A DNA stretch of 64,000 nucleotides, from NCBI GenBank assembly GCA_023389155.1, contig JAEWEV010000035.1:85866-149865 (forward strand), in the 5' to 3' direction. The notes under the pieces are model-generated. The model had not been told where the DNA came from, did no database searches, and was given only the letters and a program-made list of their open reading frames with translations. This document shows, piece by piece, positions 22,424-33,004 of this stretch (within the stretch, counting starts at the first letter, position 1; each line of letters opens with the position of its first letter). This DNA comes from Pseudomonadota bacterium. GTDB lineage: Bacteria > Pseudomonadota > Gammaproteobacteria > Burkholderiales > Burkholderiaceae_B. The translations under genes and the position numbers were made by a program.

Positions 22424-23848
22424 ATGCACGAAACCACCCTGAAACGTGGCGGAGCCCCTGCTTCTGCCGCCGCCACCGCCAAAGAAACCCCCATCCGTAT
22501 TCATCCTTCGGCCAGAAAGCTGTACATCAAAACCTTCGGCTGCCAGATGAACGAATACGATTCGGACAAAATGGCCGATGTGCTACGGGAAAATCAGGGA
22601 CTGGAACTGACCAATACGCCGGAAGACGCAGATGTCATCCTGCTTAACACCTGTTCCATCCGTGAAAAAGCCCAGGAAAAAGTCTTCTCGGACCTGGGAC
22701 GCATCAATCAGCTGAAAAAGAAAAATCCCAATCTGGTCATTGGCGTGGGCGGTTGTGTCGCCAGCCAGGAAGGCGCCACCATCATCCGGCGTGCTCCCTA
22801 TGTCGACGTGGTCTTCGGCCCGCAAACCCTGCATCGTCTGCCTGACCTGATCGAACGTCGCAAAAATACCGGCCGTGCCCAGGTAGATATCAGTTTTCCT
22901 GAAATCGAAAAATTCGATGCCCTGCCCCCGGCGCGGGTAGATGGCCCCTCCGCATTCGTATCCATCATGGAGGGATGCAGCAAATACTGCAGCTTCTGTG
23001 TCGTTCCCTACACTCGCGGCGAGGAAATTTCCCGCCCGTTTGAAGACGTGCTGACTGAAATTGCTGATCTTGCTGACCAAGGTGTCAAGGAAGTCAACTT
23101 GCTGGGGCAAAATGTGAATGCCTATCGGGGCACCCTGGGTGGTACTAAGGAACTGGCCGACTTCGCCATGTTGCTCGATTACGTACATGATATTCCCGGG
23201 ATCGAACGCATCCGCTACACGACGTCACATCCCAAGGAAATGACCAGCCGGCTGATCGAGGCCCATGGTCGCCTGCCAAAACTGGTTCCCTTTCTGCATT
23301 TGCCGATACAGACTGGCAGTGACCGAATCCTGGCTGCCATGAAACGCGGCTATACCGGCCTCGAATTCAAATCCATCGCACGCCGCCTGTATGCAGCCAG
23401 ACCCGGCATGACCCTGTCATCCGACTTCATCGTGGGTTTTCCTGGCGAAACCGAAGCCGATTTCGAAACAACGCTCAAACTGATTGCGGATGTCAATTTC
23501 GACACCTCATTCTCGTTTATCTATTCGCGCCGCCCGGGCACCCCTGCAGCCGATCTGCATGACGACACACCTTATGAAGTCAAGCTGGAACGATTGCAGC
23601 GCCTGCAGGCCCAGATCTCGGCACAGGCCAGTGCCATCAGTCACGGCATGCTGAATACACTGCAACCGGTATTGATCGAAGGTCCGTCCCGGCGTGACGC
23701 CAGCGAACTGACCGGCCGTACCGAAAACAACCGAATCGTCAATTTTGCTGCGCCCGAGCGTCTGATCGGACAAATTGTCAATGTACGCATCACCCATGTG
23801 TATACCAACTCACTGCGCGGAGAACTTGACGCCGGAGACAGCGCCTGA
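22424..23848 (+). CDS. miaB: tRNA-i6A37 methylthiotransferase
   Basis: Contains [12 protein letters not shown] and the radical-SAM motif [15 protein letters not shown], plus a TRAM-like C-terminus. Confidence 0.92.
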   Translation: MHETTLKRGGAPASAAATAKETPIRIHPSARKLYIKTFGCQMNEYDSDKMADVLRENQGLELTNTPEDADVILLNTCSIREKAQEKVFSDLGRINQLKKKNPNLVIGVGGCVASQEGATIIRRAPYVDVVFGPQTLHRLPDLIERRKNTGRAQVDISFPEIEKFDALPPARVDGPSAFVSIMEGCSKYCSFCVVPYTRGEEISRPFEDVLTEIADLADQGVKEVNLLGQNVNAYRGTLGGTKELADFAMLLDYVHDIPGIERIRYTTSHPKEMTSRLIEAHGRLPKLVPFLHLPIQTGSDRILAAMKRGYTGLEFKSIARRLYAARPGMTLSSDFIVGFPGETEADFETTLKLIADVNFDTSFSFIYSRRPGTPAADLHDDTPYEVKLERLQRLQAQISAQASAISHGMLNTLQPVLIEGPSRRDASELTGRTENNRIVNFAAPERLIGQIVNVRITHVYTNSLRGELDAGDSA

Positions 23849-24900
23849 TGACAGGAAAACGCACCCTGCCAGTCGTATTTCACCTTGAAGGTGACAACAC
23901 CCAGCTGGCCAATCTGTGCGGACCGCTGGATGAAAACCTGCAACAGATCGCGCAAGCCTACGATGTCACCATCGGCCGCAATGGCAATCGCGTCATTATC
24001 GAAGGAGAACAGGCGCAGGATGCCGCGGGAGCAGTTAACCTGTTCCATCGACGGGCGCGCCATCGCGACCTGACTATCGACGACGTCCAGCTGGGGCTGG
24101 TCGAATTGAGGGCCAACGCCAAACCCGCCACCGAACGTAGCAAGCCAGAAGCGGACGAGCCTCGCCAGAAACGGCAGAATGGCACCGCTTCCGTGCCGGA
24201 ACTCCCTCCCCTGGATGACGACAGCGGCACCATCGCCCTGCGCACGCGACGTAACGATTTGCGACCACGAACCCCGCGCCAGCGGGATTATCTGAACAAT
24301 ATCCTGCGTCACGACATCACTTTTGGCACCGGCCCTGCCGGCACCGGCAAAACCTGGCTGGCTGTTGCCTGTGCCATTGACGCGCTGGAAAGAGAACATG
24401 TCCAGCGAATCATCCTGACCCGTCCGGCGGTCGAAGCGGGCGAGCGCCTGGGGTTCCTGCCTGGCGATCTTGCCCAGAAAGTCGACCCCTATCTGCGACC
24501 GCTGTACGACGCCCTGTACGACCTGATGGGCTTCGAAAAAGTCATGCGTCTTTTTGAAAAACAGACCATCGAAATCGCGCCACTGGCATATATGCGTGGT
24601 CGCACGCTCAACCACGCGTTCGTCATTCTGGATGAGGCGCAGAATACAACACAGGAACAGATGAAGATGTTTCTGACCCGCATCGGTTTTGGCAGCAAAG
24701 CCGTGATCACCGGCGATCCGTCACAAATCGACCTCATCAAGGGACAGAAAAGCGGGTTGGAGCATGCCTTGCGGGTGCTGTCCAACGTCCATGGCATTGC
24801 CTTTTCTCGCTTCACCAGTGAAGACGTGGTCCGTCATCCGCTGGTTGCCCGCATCATCGATGCCTATGATCTTTCCGAAGGTCGATCACAGAATGGCTGA
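23848..24900 (+). CDS. ybeZ: PhoH-like ATPase
   Basis: Walker A motif GPAGTGKT, and ILDEAQN. Positioned between miaB and ybeY. Confidence 0.9.
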   Translation: MTGKRTLPVVFHLEGDNTQLANLCGPLDENLQQIAQAYDVTIGRNGNRVIIEGEQAQDAAGAVNLFHRRARHRDLTIDDVQLGLVELRANAKPATERSKPEADEPRQKRQNGTASVPELPPLDDDSGTIALRTRRNDLRPRTPRQRDYLNNILRHDITFGTGPAGTGKTWLAVACAIDALEREHVQRIILTRPAVEAGERLGFLPGDLAQKVDPYLRPLYDALYDLMGFEKVMRLFEKQTIEIAPLAYMRGRTLNHAFVILDEAQNTTQEQMKMFLTRIGFGSKAVITGDPSQIDLIKGQKSGLEHALRVLSNVHGIAFSRFTSEDVVRHPLVARIIDAYDLSEGRSQNG

Positions 24901-25402
24901 TTTGCGCCTGCCTTCCCCTCGGCGTGTGCGCGATACTTCGTATCTGCGCACGACGGTGCAGCATATCGTGCCGGTGCCCGAAGTCACAAGGCAGCGCATA
25001 CGAGGCTGGATGTTGCGCGCCGTGGATGCGGCCATGGCCGAGCATCCCGACATCGTTGAAGTGGAACTGGCCTTGCGGCTGGTTGACGCCGAAGAAGGCC
25101 GCCAACTGAACCACCAGTTCCGTGATCGGGATTATGCCACCAACGTTCTCACCTTCGAATATGGCGTTGACCCTGACGGCATCGCGCGCGGCGATATCGT
25201 GCTATGTGTCCCCGTGCTCAGACAGGAGGCCACTGAACAGCATAAATCGCTTCAGCAACACGCCGCCCATCTGGTGGTACATGGGGTGCTGCACGCGCTG
25301 GGATATGATCATCTGGACGACAACGCCGCCGCCCATATGGAAGCGCTGGAAACCGCGATTCTGACCGGCATGGGTATACCGGATCCTTACGCGCCACGGT
25401 GA
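24893..25402 (+). CDS. ybeY: endoribonuclease YbeY (rRNA maturation)
   Basis: Trimmed to the ATG at 24893, which overlaps the ybeZ stop (ATGGCTGA). The Zn motif HLVVHGVLHALGYDH is present. Confidence 0.9.
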   Translation: MADLRLPSPRRVRDTSYLRTTVQHIVPVPEVTRQRIRGWMLRAVDAAMAEHPDIVEVELALRLVDAEEGRQLNHQFRDRDYATNVLTFEYGVDPDGIARGDIVLCVPVLRQEATEQHKSLQQHAAHLVVHGVLHALGYDHLDDNAAAHMEALETAILTGMGIPDPYAPR

Positions 25403-25511
25403 CTTGCCATCGCGGCAAAAAAGCCCGGGGTTTACGCTAAGTCTTTAACTTTTCATCAAATTTGCTCAAAATTGAGTTATCCTTATAACTCCCTAAACTA
25501 GACGTCCAGAG

Positions 25512-26411
25512 ATGTCAGATCCATATCCTTCGAACGATGCCGAGGCAGACAGTCAGTCAGGCAAAAAGCATATTTCACGCTCACTCATTCAGCGAATAAA
25601 AGGCCTGCTGGGCCAAAACGAGCCCGAAGACCGGGACGATATCCAGGAGATCCTCTCTTCTGCGCATGACCGGGACATCATCGACGATGATTCCTATTCC
25701 ATGATCGTGGGGTCCATCTCCTTTACCGAAAAAAATGTCAGTGATATCATGATTCCACGGTCCCGGATGGACCTGCTCGATATCAGCAAGTCCTTGCAGG
25801 AACTGCTCCCAATCATCCTGGAGACTGCACATTCACGGTTCCCGGTATACGAAGAAGAAAAAGACAATATTATCGGTATCCTGCTAGCCAAGGATCTGCT
25901 GCGGTTCGTCACCAATCCGGAAACAGACATCCGCAGCCTGGTGCGCCCGGCCATCTATATTCCCGAAACAAAACGGTTGAACCAGCTGTTGCGCGATTTC
26001 AGGGAAAACCGCAACCATATTGCCATTGTCATTGATGAATACGGCAGCATTGCCGGCCTGGTAACCATGGAAGACGTGCTCGAACAGATTGTCGGCGATA
26101 TCGAAGACGAATACGACGAAGATGCGCAAATGACCATCTTCCCAGAAACAGAAACGTCCTGGCGCGTGATGGCCATTACCGATATCCGGCAGCTGAACCA
26201 GACGCTGCAGGTTGCCATTCCTGAAGATGATTACGACACCATCGGCGGATGGCTGGCCGCAGAACTGGATCACATTCCGCAGCGCGGAGACAGTTACGAC
26301 TATCAGGGGCTGCGGTTCCAGGTATTACGGGCCGATGCCCGCCGCGCGTTGTGGCTGCATATCAAACGCCTGTCGGCCATGAGCGGCAGTCACAAAAAAA
26401 CAGATACCTGA
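25512..26411 (+). CDS. corC: HlyC/CorC-family (CBS pair + CorC_HlyC) magnesium/cobalt efflux-associated protein
   Basis: 299 aa. Contains DIMIPRSRM and IAIVIDEYGSIAGLVTMEDVLE. Confidence 0.88.
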   Translation: MSDPYPSNDAEADSQSGKKHISRSLIQRIKGLLGQNEPEDRDDIQEILSSAHDRDIIDDDSYSMIVGSISFTEKNVSDIMIPRSRMDLLDISKSLQELLPIILETAHSRFPVYEEEKDNIIGILLAKDLLRFVTNPETDIRSLVRPAIYIPETKRLNQLLRDFRENRNHIAIVIDEYGSIAGLVTMEDVLEQIVGDIEDEYDEDAQMTIFPETETSWRVMAITDIRQLNQTLQVAIPEDDYDTIGGWLAAELDHIPQRGDSYDYQGLRFQVLRADARRALWLHIKRLSAMSGSHKKTDT

Positions 26412-26415
26412 GGCT

Positions 26416-28020
26416 ATGGTCTGGCTTCTACTCATCGTGGCCGGGGCGGTTCACGCCCTCAGTTTTTCTCCTGATCCTCTGCCAGGATGGGTACTGCCTT
26501 ATGTGCAGGTACTGGCAATGGCCATCCCTGCCTATCTGGTTTTCAGCACGCAGCACATCAGACAAGCCGCGCTCACTGCCTTTGTTTTCAGTACCAGTAG
26601 TTTTTGCGTAGGCATTTACTGGCTGTACATCAGCATGAATCATTTCGGCGGCCTGGCTGCGCCGCTGGCCGCGCTTGCCGTTTTTCTTTTTGCCCTCTAT
26701 CTTTCACTGTATGCAGCGTTTGCGGGCGCCTCTACCGTCTGGCTGAGCCGCGGACTGAACGTCATGCGCGTGCCACAGACATTGGCGCGCCCCCTGTTCT
26801 GGGCCAGCGCCTGGACGCTGGGCGAATGGCTGCGCGGTTTTGTATTTACCGGTTTCCCCTGGAACAATATCGGCTATGCCCATACCAACAGCCTGCTGTC
26901 TGCCTGGGCACCGATTGCCGGCGTGTATGGGGTCGCCTTCCTCGCTGCCTTTGCCAGCGGGCTTACCGCCTCCATCCTCTATTACATGAGGCACAATCGC
27001 ACAGGGATCATGGCCGTGATGGCGAGCACCCTTCTGGGAATGTTCATCGTCAGCCTGGCGGTGAGCCGCATCGACTGGTTCGATCGCCAGGGTTCTGCCA
27101 TGACCGTCCGGCTGGTCCAGGGCAACATTCCCCAGCAGATGAAATTCGACCCCTCGCAGCTGATGAAATCACTGCAGGAACAGTTTGCGCTGGCGACCCG
27201 CCCGTCAGTAGATGCCCAGCATACGCCGTCAGTCATCATCTTCCCTGAAACCATCCTGCCGACTTTCCAGGACAGAATGGCGCCGGAATTCTGGCAATCC
27301 GTGGTGGAACTGGCAGACCAGATGAATGCCACCCTATTCATGGGCAGCCCCATGCACACCGTCGAAAATGGCAAAGATCGCTACACCAACAGTGTGATGG
27401 CCATCGACAGCCATACCTCAGTGGACGCACTCATGCGGGCAGAACAGCTGCCTGTCTATGACAAGCGACATCTTGTGCCTTTTGGTGAGTTTGTTCCTCC
27501 TGGATTTCGCTGGTTTGTCGATGCCCTGAACATTCCCCTTGGAGACTTTGACCGTGGTAGCCAGGGACAGAAAAGCTTTGCCGTAGACAACCAGTTTTTC
27601 GCTCCGAATATCTGCTATGAAGACGTCTTCGGCGAAGAGCTGTTGCCCTCTTTACGCACCCAGGCAGACGGCTCGCCTGGCGCCAGCGTGCTGTTTAATG
27701 TCAGTAATCTGGGGTGGTTCGGCAATACCTGGGCGCTAAGACAACACCTGCAGATTGCCCGCATGCGCAGCATGGAAACGGCAAGACCCATGATTCGTGC
27801 CACTAATACCGGTTCGACCGCCGCCATCAACGGGCGCGGCCAGGTGCTGGCACTCCTGCCCACTGCCACAGCCGATGTTCTGGATGTGCAGATCCAGGGG
27901 ACGCAAGGCCTGACGCTATACGCGCGGGTGGGAAACTGGCTCATCGTGATTGTGAGTTTGCTGAGTCTGCTAACCGGATACCTACTGAAACGCCGCAGAA
28001 AAGAAGAGTCTGAGAATTAA
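26416..28020 (+). CDS. lnt: apolipoprotein N-acyltransferase
   Basis: 534 aa. N-terminal polytopic region plus a CN-hydrolase domain (VIFPET.., ICYEDVFG catalytic Cys). Last gene of the ybeZYX-lnt string. Confidence 0.9.
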   Translation: MVWLLLIVAGAVHALSFSPDPLPGWVLPYVQVLAMAIPAYLVFSTQHIRQAALTAFVFSTSSFCVGIYWLYISMNHFGGLAAPLAALAVFLFALYLSLYAAFAGASTVWLSRGLNVMRVPQTLARPLFWASAWTLGEWLRGFVFTGFPWNNIGYAHTNSLLSAWAPIAGVYGVAFLAAFASGLTASILYYMRHNRTGIMAVMASTLLGMFIVSLAVSRIDWFDRQGSAMTVRLVQGNIPQQMKFDPSQLMKSLQEQFALATRPSVDAQHTPSVIIFPETILPTFQDRMAPEFWQSVVELADQMNATLFMGSPMHTVENGKDRYTNSVMAIDSHTSVDALMRAEQLPVYDKRHLVPFGEFVPPGFRWFVDALNIPLGDFDRGSQGQKSFAVDNQFFAPNICYEDVFGEELLPSLRTQADGSPGASVLFNVSNLGWFGNTWALRQHLQIARMRSMETARPMIRATNTGSTAAINGRGQVLALLPTATADVLDVQIQGTQGLTLYARVGNWLIVIVSLLSLLTGYLLKRRRKEESEN

Positions 28021-31000
28021 TGAAAATTACGGCTATGGGTCTGTAGTTTTCCAAGCAAATGAGTCAGATTGACCAGTCGCTCGACAATCAGATGCTGAAC
28101 CCCGTTAGCCGACTGCCACCGTCCATAGGCGCCCATCAGGCGCGATGTTAACAGCTCCTTGCGCTGACGGCTTGCCAGTTCGGGACGAATCAGCAGATTG
28201 ACCTGCCCGGTTTCATCCTCCAGCGTCACAAACACCACGCCTTTTGCCGTTCCAGGCCGTTGCCGGATTGTGACGATACCAGCCGCGCGCGCCAGACGCC
28301 GATCAGGCTGCTCACGCAGCACAGCCGAAGATGAAAACCGCATATCGGTAAGCCTGGCACGCAGCAGTTCCAGGGGATGCCGCCCCAATGTCAGGCCCAG
28401 CGAATCGTAATCGGCAACCAGCGACTGCCCCTCGGTGAGCAGGGTCAGTTGAGGCTGTGTTGTCTCATAGACTGGTGCATCCCGCAGCATATCCTTGTCG
28501 GGAACACTGACAACGGCATCCCACAGCGCCGCCCGACGATGCCCTGCAAGGCTTTCCAGCGCATTGCCTGATGCGAGCGCATTCAGATCGTGTCGCGTCA
28601 GGTCTGCGCGTTTTGCAAGATCGGCGACAGAATCAAACCGCTCCTGCGCACGTACCTCGACGATTCTTTTGGCGACCTCTATATGCATCCCTTTGATCTG
28701 GTTCAGTCCCAGGCGTACGCAAGGTCTTTTTTCAGACGTTGCTCGAGGTTGTCGCGCAAGCCTGCCCTCGGACGCAGATCGGGATCCTGGAGCGGAAGAT
28801 GAAGTTAACGTTGAAGGAACAAACGCCTGGACGCTGTCCTCCCTGTTCTCAGAGACGTCTGCCTCATATTCCAGCGTGGCCTCCCAGTCGCTGATCTGTA
28901 CATCGGGAGGCAGAACTTTGACGCCATGCCGTCGGGCATCCTGAATCAGGGTAGAGGCACTGTAAAACCCCATAGGCAAACTGTTGAGCAGTGCAGCCAG
29001 AAAAGCTTCGGGTTCATGGCACTTGAGCCAGCTGCTTGCATAGGCAAGCAGCGCAAAGCTTGCCGCATGGCTCTCGGGAAAACCATATTCGCCAAACCCC
29101 TGAATCTGTCTGAAAATCTGCTCGGCAAACCCTCTTTCATAACCATTTCCAAGCATGCCATCGATAATCTTGTTATAGAATTTTTCCAGCCCTCCCTTAC
29201 GCTTCCAGGCCGCCATGGAACGTCGCAGGGAGTCGGCTTCACCACCCGTAAAGCCTGCAGCCTCCATGGCGATCTGCATGACTTGTTCCTGGAAGATCGG
29301 GACACCCAACGTACGCTCAAGCGCTGACTGGATGGCTTTACCGGGATAGTCCACCGGTTCCAGATTCTGCCGCCGCCGCAGATATGGATGCACCATGCCC
29401 CCCTGGATGGGACCTGGACGGATAATGGAAACTTCGATCACCAGATCGTAATAACAACGCGGCCGCAAGCGTGGCAGCATGGTCATCTGCGCTCGGGATT
29501 CAATCTGAAACACCCCGATCGTGTCAGCCCGGCAAATCATGTCGTAGGTATCGGGGTCTCCACGAGGAATACTCTGCAGACAAAAGGGCTCACCGCGACG
29601 CTTTGCGACAAACTCCAGTGCACGACGAAGCGCACTCAGCATACCCAGCGCCAGGATATCTACCTTCAGAATACCCAACGCATCCAGATCGTCCTTGTCC
29701 CACTGCACCACGCTACGCTCTGCCATTGCGGCATTTTCTATGGGAACCAGCCGGGCTAGCGGGCCACGTGACATGACAAAGCCGCCGGGATGTTGGGAAA
29801 GATGTCGCGGAAAACCAATGATTTTCTCTGCCAGATAAACCCATTGCACAGCCACTGGCGAAGTGGTATCAAGACCACTTTCCTTCATGCGTTCCAGCAG
29901 GTTGGCGCGACCATCCCAGTAGTGATAGGAACGCGCCACCGCTTCTATGATGATAGGATCAACCCCCAGGGCCTTGCCTGTATCACGCAGCACACTTCTT
30001 ACCCGATAGCTGATGACCACCGCAGTCAGCGCCGCCCGGTCGCGGCCATATTTGTTGTAGATGTACTGAATGACCTCTTCGCGACGCTGATGCTCAAAAT
30101 CGACATCAATATCGGGAGGTTCATCTCTCTCCTTGCTGATAAACCGCTCGAACAGATTGTGGCCTTCCTCAGGATCAACTTCGGTAATATACAAGCAATA
30201 GCAAACTGCACTGTTGGCAGCCGACCCCCTGCCCTGGCACAAGATATGATTTCTGCGGGCAAACTGCACGATATCGTAGACAGTCAGAAAATAGGGCTCG
30301 TATTTTAATTCGGCAATAAGTTGCAGTTCCTTTTCCAGCTGATGGCTCACTGCTGCAGGAAGACTTGAACCATACCTGCGCCTTGCTCCTGCATAGGTTT
30401 CCTGACGCAGATACTCTGTCAGGCTCAGATTGGCAGGACAGATGTCTTCAGGATATTCGTACTTGAGTTCCCCGAGGCTGAAACGGCAGTTCACCAGAAC
30501 CTCTATGGTCTCATCGAGTGCCGCCCTCGGGTACAGCCCGGCCAGCGTGACCCGCTGGCGCAGATAATGCTCTGCGTTGGACTTGCGTTCAAAACCGCAG
30601 TCCTGCACGCTTTTCCCCTGACGGATGGCAGTCAGGGTGTCGTGCACAGGCTTGCGCGAACGCACATGCATTTGCACCTGTCCGGCTGCCACCAGTGGCA
30701 CCCCGGTGGCCTCGGAAATGGCAGTAAGCATGGCCTTGTGAGCGTCATCCTGTCCCTGATTCAACAGACTGAGCACCAGCCAGCAACGACCGACAAAAAC
30801 CTTTGCCAGCCACCGGGTCTGTGCCAGCACCTGTTCATAGGGTGCGCCATATTCAGGCAGCAGCAATCCCAGACAGTCGGGCAGATTCTGCAAATGCGCC
30901 AGGGAAGGCTCTGCGGGCCGGGTAATATCATCTGTCGTAAGATAATAGCTACCCTTGGGAGCGCGACGCCGCCCCAGTGTAATGAACTCAGACAGATTCC

Positions 31001-31541
31001 CATATCCTTCACGGTTTTGTGCCAGAACAATGAGTCTCAGATCAGGTTGATTCTGTGTATGCAGGGTAAACACAGAACCGACAATCAGTTGTAAGGGCGC
31101 GCGCCAAGGGACATCGGGCAATGGTGTGTCAGACGATGACGTGGGCAATGACCGATCGGACGATGATACATCGGGTGACGATACCGAAGACGCCCGTGTG
31201 GGAACAGACAGCAGCGACGATGACATCAGTCCCAAAGCCTGTTTTGGAAAAAGAGATTGTGCCAGTGCTGGCTGTCCTATCGTACAGCCAGCTTTTTTCA
31301 GAGCTTCTTTTTTTCTGCGCTCGGCTGCCTCCAGAATCGGCTGATTCAGCCTTGTGACTTCCATATAGGCCCGCACGACACCGGCTACCGAACATTCGTC
31401 AGTAATAGCCAGGGCCGCATAGTTGAGTTTGAAGGCCTGCTCCACCAGCTCTTCAGGATGCGATGCCCCCTGCAGAAAACTGTAATTGCTCTGGCAGCAA
31501 AGCTCTGCATAGGCGGGCAGCTGATAGGAAGATGCTGTCAT
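28017..31541 (-). CDS. dnaE2: error-prone DNA polymerase (DnaE2/ImuC), carrying low-complexity insertions
   Basis: 1174 aa. The N-terminus YAELCCQSNYSFLQGASHPEELV..ALAITDECSVAGVVRA is a PHP domain. The polymerase core contains PDIDVDFEH. Follows imuA-imuB. Confidence 0.92.
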   Translation of the reverse strand: MTASSYQLPAYAELCCQSNYSFLQGASHPEELVEQAFKLNYAALAITDECSVAGVVRAYMEVTRLNQPILEAAERRKKEALKKAGCTIGQPALAQSLFPKQALGLMSSSLLSVPTRASSVSSPDVSSSDRSLPTSSSDTPLPDVPWRAPLQLIVGSVFTLHTQNQPDLRLIVLAQNREGYGNLSEFITLGRRRAPKGSYYLTTDDITRPAEPSLAHLQNLPDCLGLLLPEYGAPYEQVLAQTRWLAKVFVGRCWLVLSLLNQGQDDAHKAMLTAISEATGVPLVAAGQVQMHVRSRKPVHDTLTAIRQGKSVQDCGFERKSNAEHYLRQRVTLAGLYPRAALDETIEVLVNCRFSLGELKYEYPEDICPANLSLTEYLRQETYAGARRRYGSSLPAAVSHQLEKELQLIAELKYEPYFLTVYDIVQFARRNHILCQGRGSAANSAVCYCLYITEVDPEEGHNLFERFISKERDEPPDIDVDFEHQRREEVIQYIYNKYGRDRAALTAVVISYRVRSVLRDTGKALGVDPIIIEAVARSYHYWDGRANLLERMKESGLDTTSPVAVQWVYLAEKIIGFPRHLSQHPGGFVMSRGPLARLVPIENAAMAERSVVQWDKDDLDALGILKVDILALGMLSALRRALEFVAKRRGEPFCLQSIPRGDPDTYDMICRADTIGVFQIESRAQMTMLPRLRPRCYYDLVIEVSIIRPGPIQGGMVHPYLRRRQNLEPVDYPGKAIQSALERTLGVPIFQEQVMQIAMEAAGFTGGEADSLRRSMAAWKRKGGLEKFYNKIIDGMLGNGYERGFAEQIFRQIQGFGEYGFPESHAASFALLAYASSWLKCHEPEAFLAALLNSLPMGFYSASTLIQDARRHGVKVLPPDVQISDWEATLEYEADVSENREDSVQAFVPSTLTSSSAPGSRSASEGRLARQPRATSEKRPCVRLGLNQIKGMHIEVAKRIVEVRAQERFDSVADLAKRADLTRHDLNALASGNALESLAGHRRAALWDAVVSVPDKDMLRDAPVYETTQPQLTLLTEGQSLVADYDSLGLTLGRHPLELLRARLTDMRFSSSAVLREQPDRRLARAAGIVTIRQRPGTAKGVVFVTLEDETGQVNLLIRPELASRQRKELLTSRLMGAYGRWQSANGVQHLIVERLVNLTHLLGKLQTHSRNFH

Positions 31542-31552
31542 GATTCCCCCTG

Positions 31553-33004
31553 TTACCCGAAAAACCCGTGCAGGAACCAGCGCCGATCATTTTGTCGCTC
31601 CTGGAACAGCCAGTAGCGTGCTCCTGACTTGTCCTCTGCAACAAAATAGTCCCTGCGCGTCCAGCCCTCCCACCAACCATCTTCGATTCTTTCCGGTCCT
31701 CGAAGAATATATAGCGCAGAACCATACCAGGGGCGATGCTCACGAACCGCCAGCGGCAGTGGTTTGTCCAGCAACCAGCAGGGCCGCTCCACGCCTTTGA
31801 CAAGACTACCCGAGACAGGAAAAGCTCCTGCAGGACTCCAGCGGTTTGCAATTTCAGGACGATGATCGGCGACAGGCTGGGGTCTCAATACCCGGTCATG
31901 ACCCAATCGGGCCAGAATGATTTCAATAACCCGCTGCCTGTCCTGGGGCGTCCCCCCAGGCTCTGGAAACAGACTGTCGGGAACGGGTACACTATCCTGC
32001 ACTCTGGCTACTTCGAGCGCAAGAGCAATCACAGGCGCAGACAGCTTCAGATGATGCAGATGTTCCTGCAACAGACGCATAAGATGAGCCGGGTCGCGTG
32101 TGGGAAGGCCAGTGGCCAGCACCAGCGTAGTAGGCGCAAGCGCATGCCGGCCACGCTCATGTTCCAGCAACAGCGTAAGCTGCGTCACCGCCTGCTGGTG
32201 TGCGGCCAGCCAGCCACAAAGCTGCTCGATCAGTCGACGGGCCACGCCTGACACTGCGTCTGTATATTCAATGCGTTCCACCAGTTCAATGCGACCGTGA
32301 AACTGCAAGGGAGCAGTAAGCCATTTGAAAATTTCAGGATTTTTGCCATACGCCGCATCCAGGGACTGCAATATCTGCCTGCTGGTTCGACGCTGCAATT
32401 GCGCTCGTGGCAACTGGCGCAAGGCGCCCAAGGTGGCGCAACCGATATTGCCAAGCCAGGTTTCAAAAGGCCGGGCAGCAGGCAAGGCATTGACAGGCAG
32501 GGTATCCAGGCGACGAAACAGGGTATCTGTTTTCAGGCAACGGCGCCAGCGTGTACACGCGGCTGTCGCCAGTAGCCAGGCCCCTGATGCCGTTGCCGCT
32601 ATGCCATAACGAGCACTTAGACACAGCCCATTCAGGGTTTCCTGGATCCGTTGGTACAGGTGACGAATGCCGCCAAAAAGGCTGAGACTGCCAGTGACGT
32701 CCAGCAACAAGGTATCTTGTTCGCCCAGCGCAAGCTCAGGCGTGTATTGCAACAGCGCCAATGACGTTGCCTGGATGGCAGAATGATGAATGTGTTCATC
32801 GTATTCGGTAAGGACTGCCTGAGGACACAAGGTATTGACACCATTAACACGCATACCGGGTCGTACGCCGGCACACCAGGCAGCGGGAGAACACACCCGA
32901 ACCACACCAGCCTCGATCACCACTGCCGCTGTGCTACGCCAGTCAGGACAGAGTGTGTCCAGTGTAGGGTGCAGTAGATGTACGGCTATCCATGTTCGCA
33001 TCAT
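31553..33004 (-). CDS. imuB: Y-family polymerase-like protein ImuB
   Basis: Trimmed to the ATG at 33004 (MMRTWIAVHLLHPTLDTL), matching the usual ImuB start pattern MLWIALHLP.. (from memory). Positioned between imuA and dnaE2. Confidence 0.85.
   Translation of the reverse strand: MMRTWIAVHLLHPTLDTLCPDWRSTAAVVIEAGVVRVCSPAAWCAGVRPGMRVNGVNTLCPQAVLTEYDEHIHHSAIQATSLALLQYTPELALGEQDTLLLDVTGSLSLFGGIRHLYQRIQETLNGLCLSARYGIAATASGAWLLATAACTRWRRCLKTDTLFRRLDTLPVNALPAARPFETWLGNIGCATLGALRQLPRAQLQRRTSRQILQSLDAAYGKNPEIFKWLTAPLQFHGRIELVERIEYTDAVSGVARRLIEQLCGWLAAHQQAVTQLTLLLEHERGRHALAPTTLVLATGLPTRDPAHLMRLLQEHLHHLKLSAPVIALALEVARVQDSVPVPDSLFPEPGGTPQDRQRVIEIILARLGHDRVLRPQPVADHRPEIANRWSPAGAFPVSGSLVKGVERPCWLLDKPLPLAVREHRPWYGSALYILRGPERIEDGWWEGWTRRDYFVAEDKSGARYWLFQERQNDRRWFLHGFFG

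Noticed and set aside
23641-24615. 324-aa minus-strand ORF
   Set aside because: It is antisense to the miaB 3' end and to the PhoH-like ATPase gene. It is a shadow ORF.
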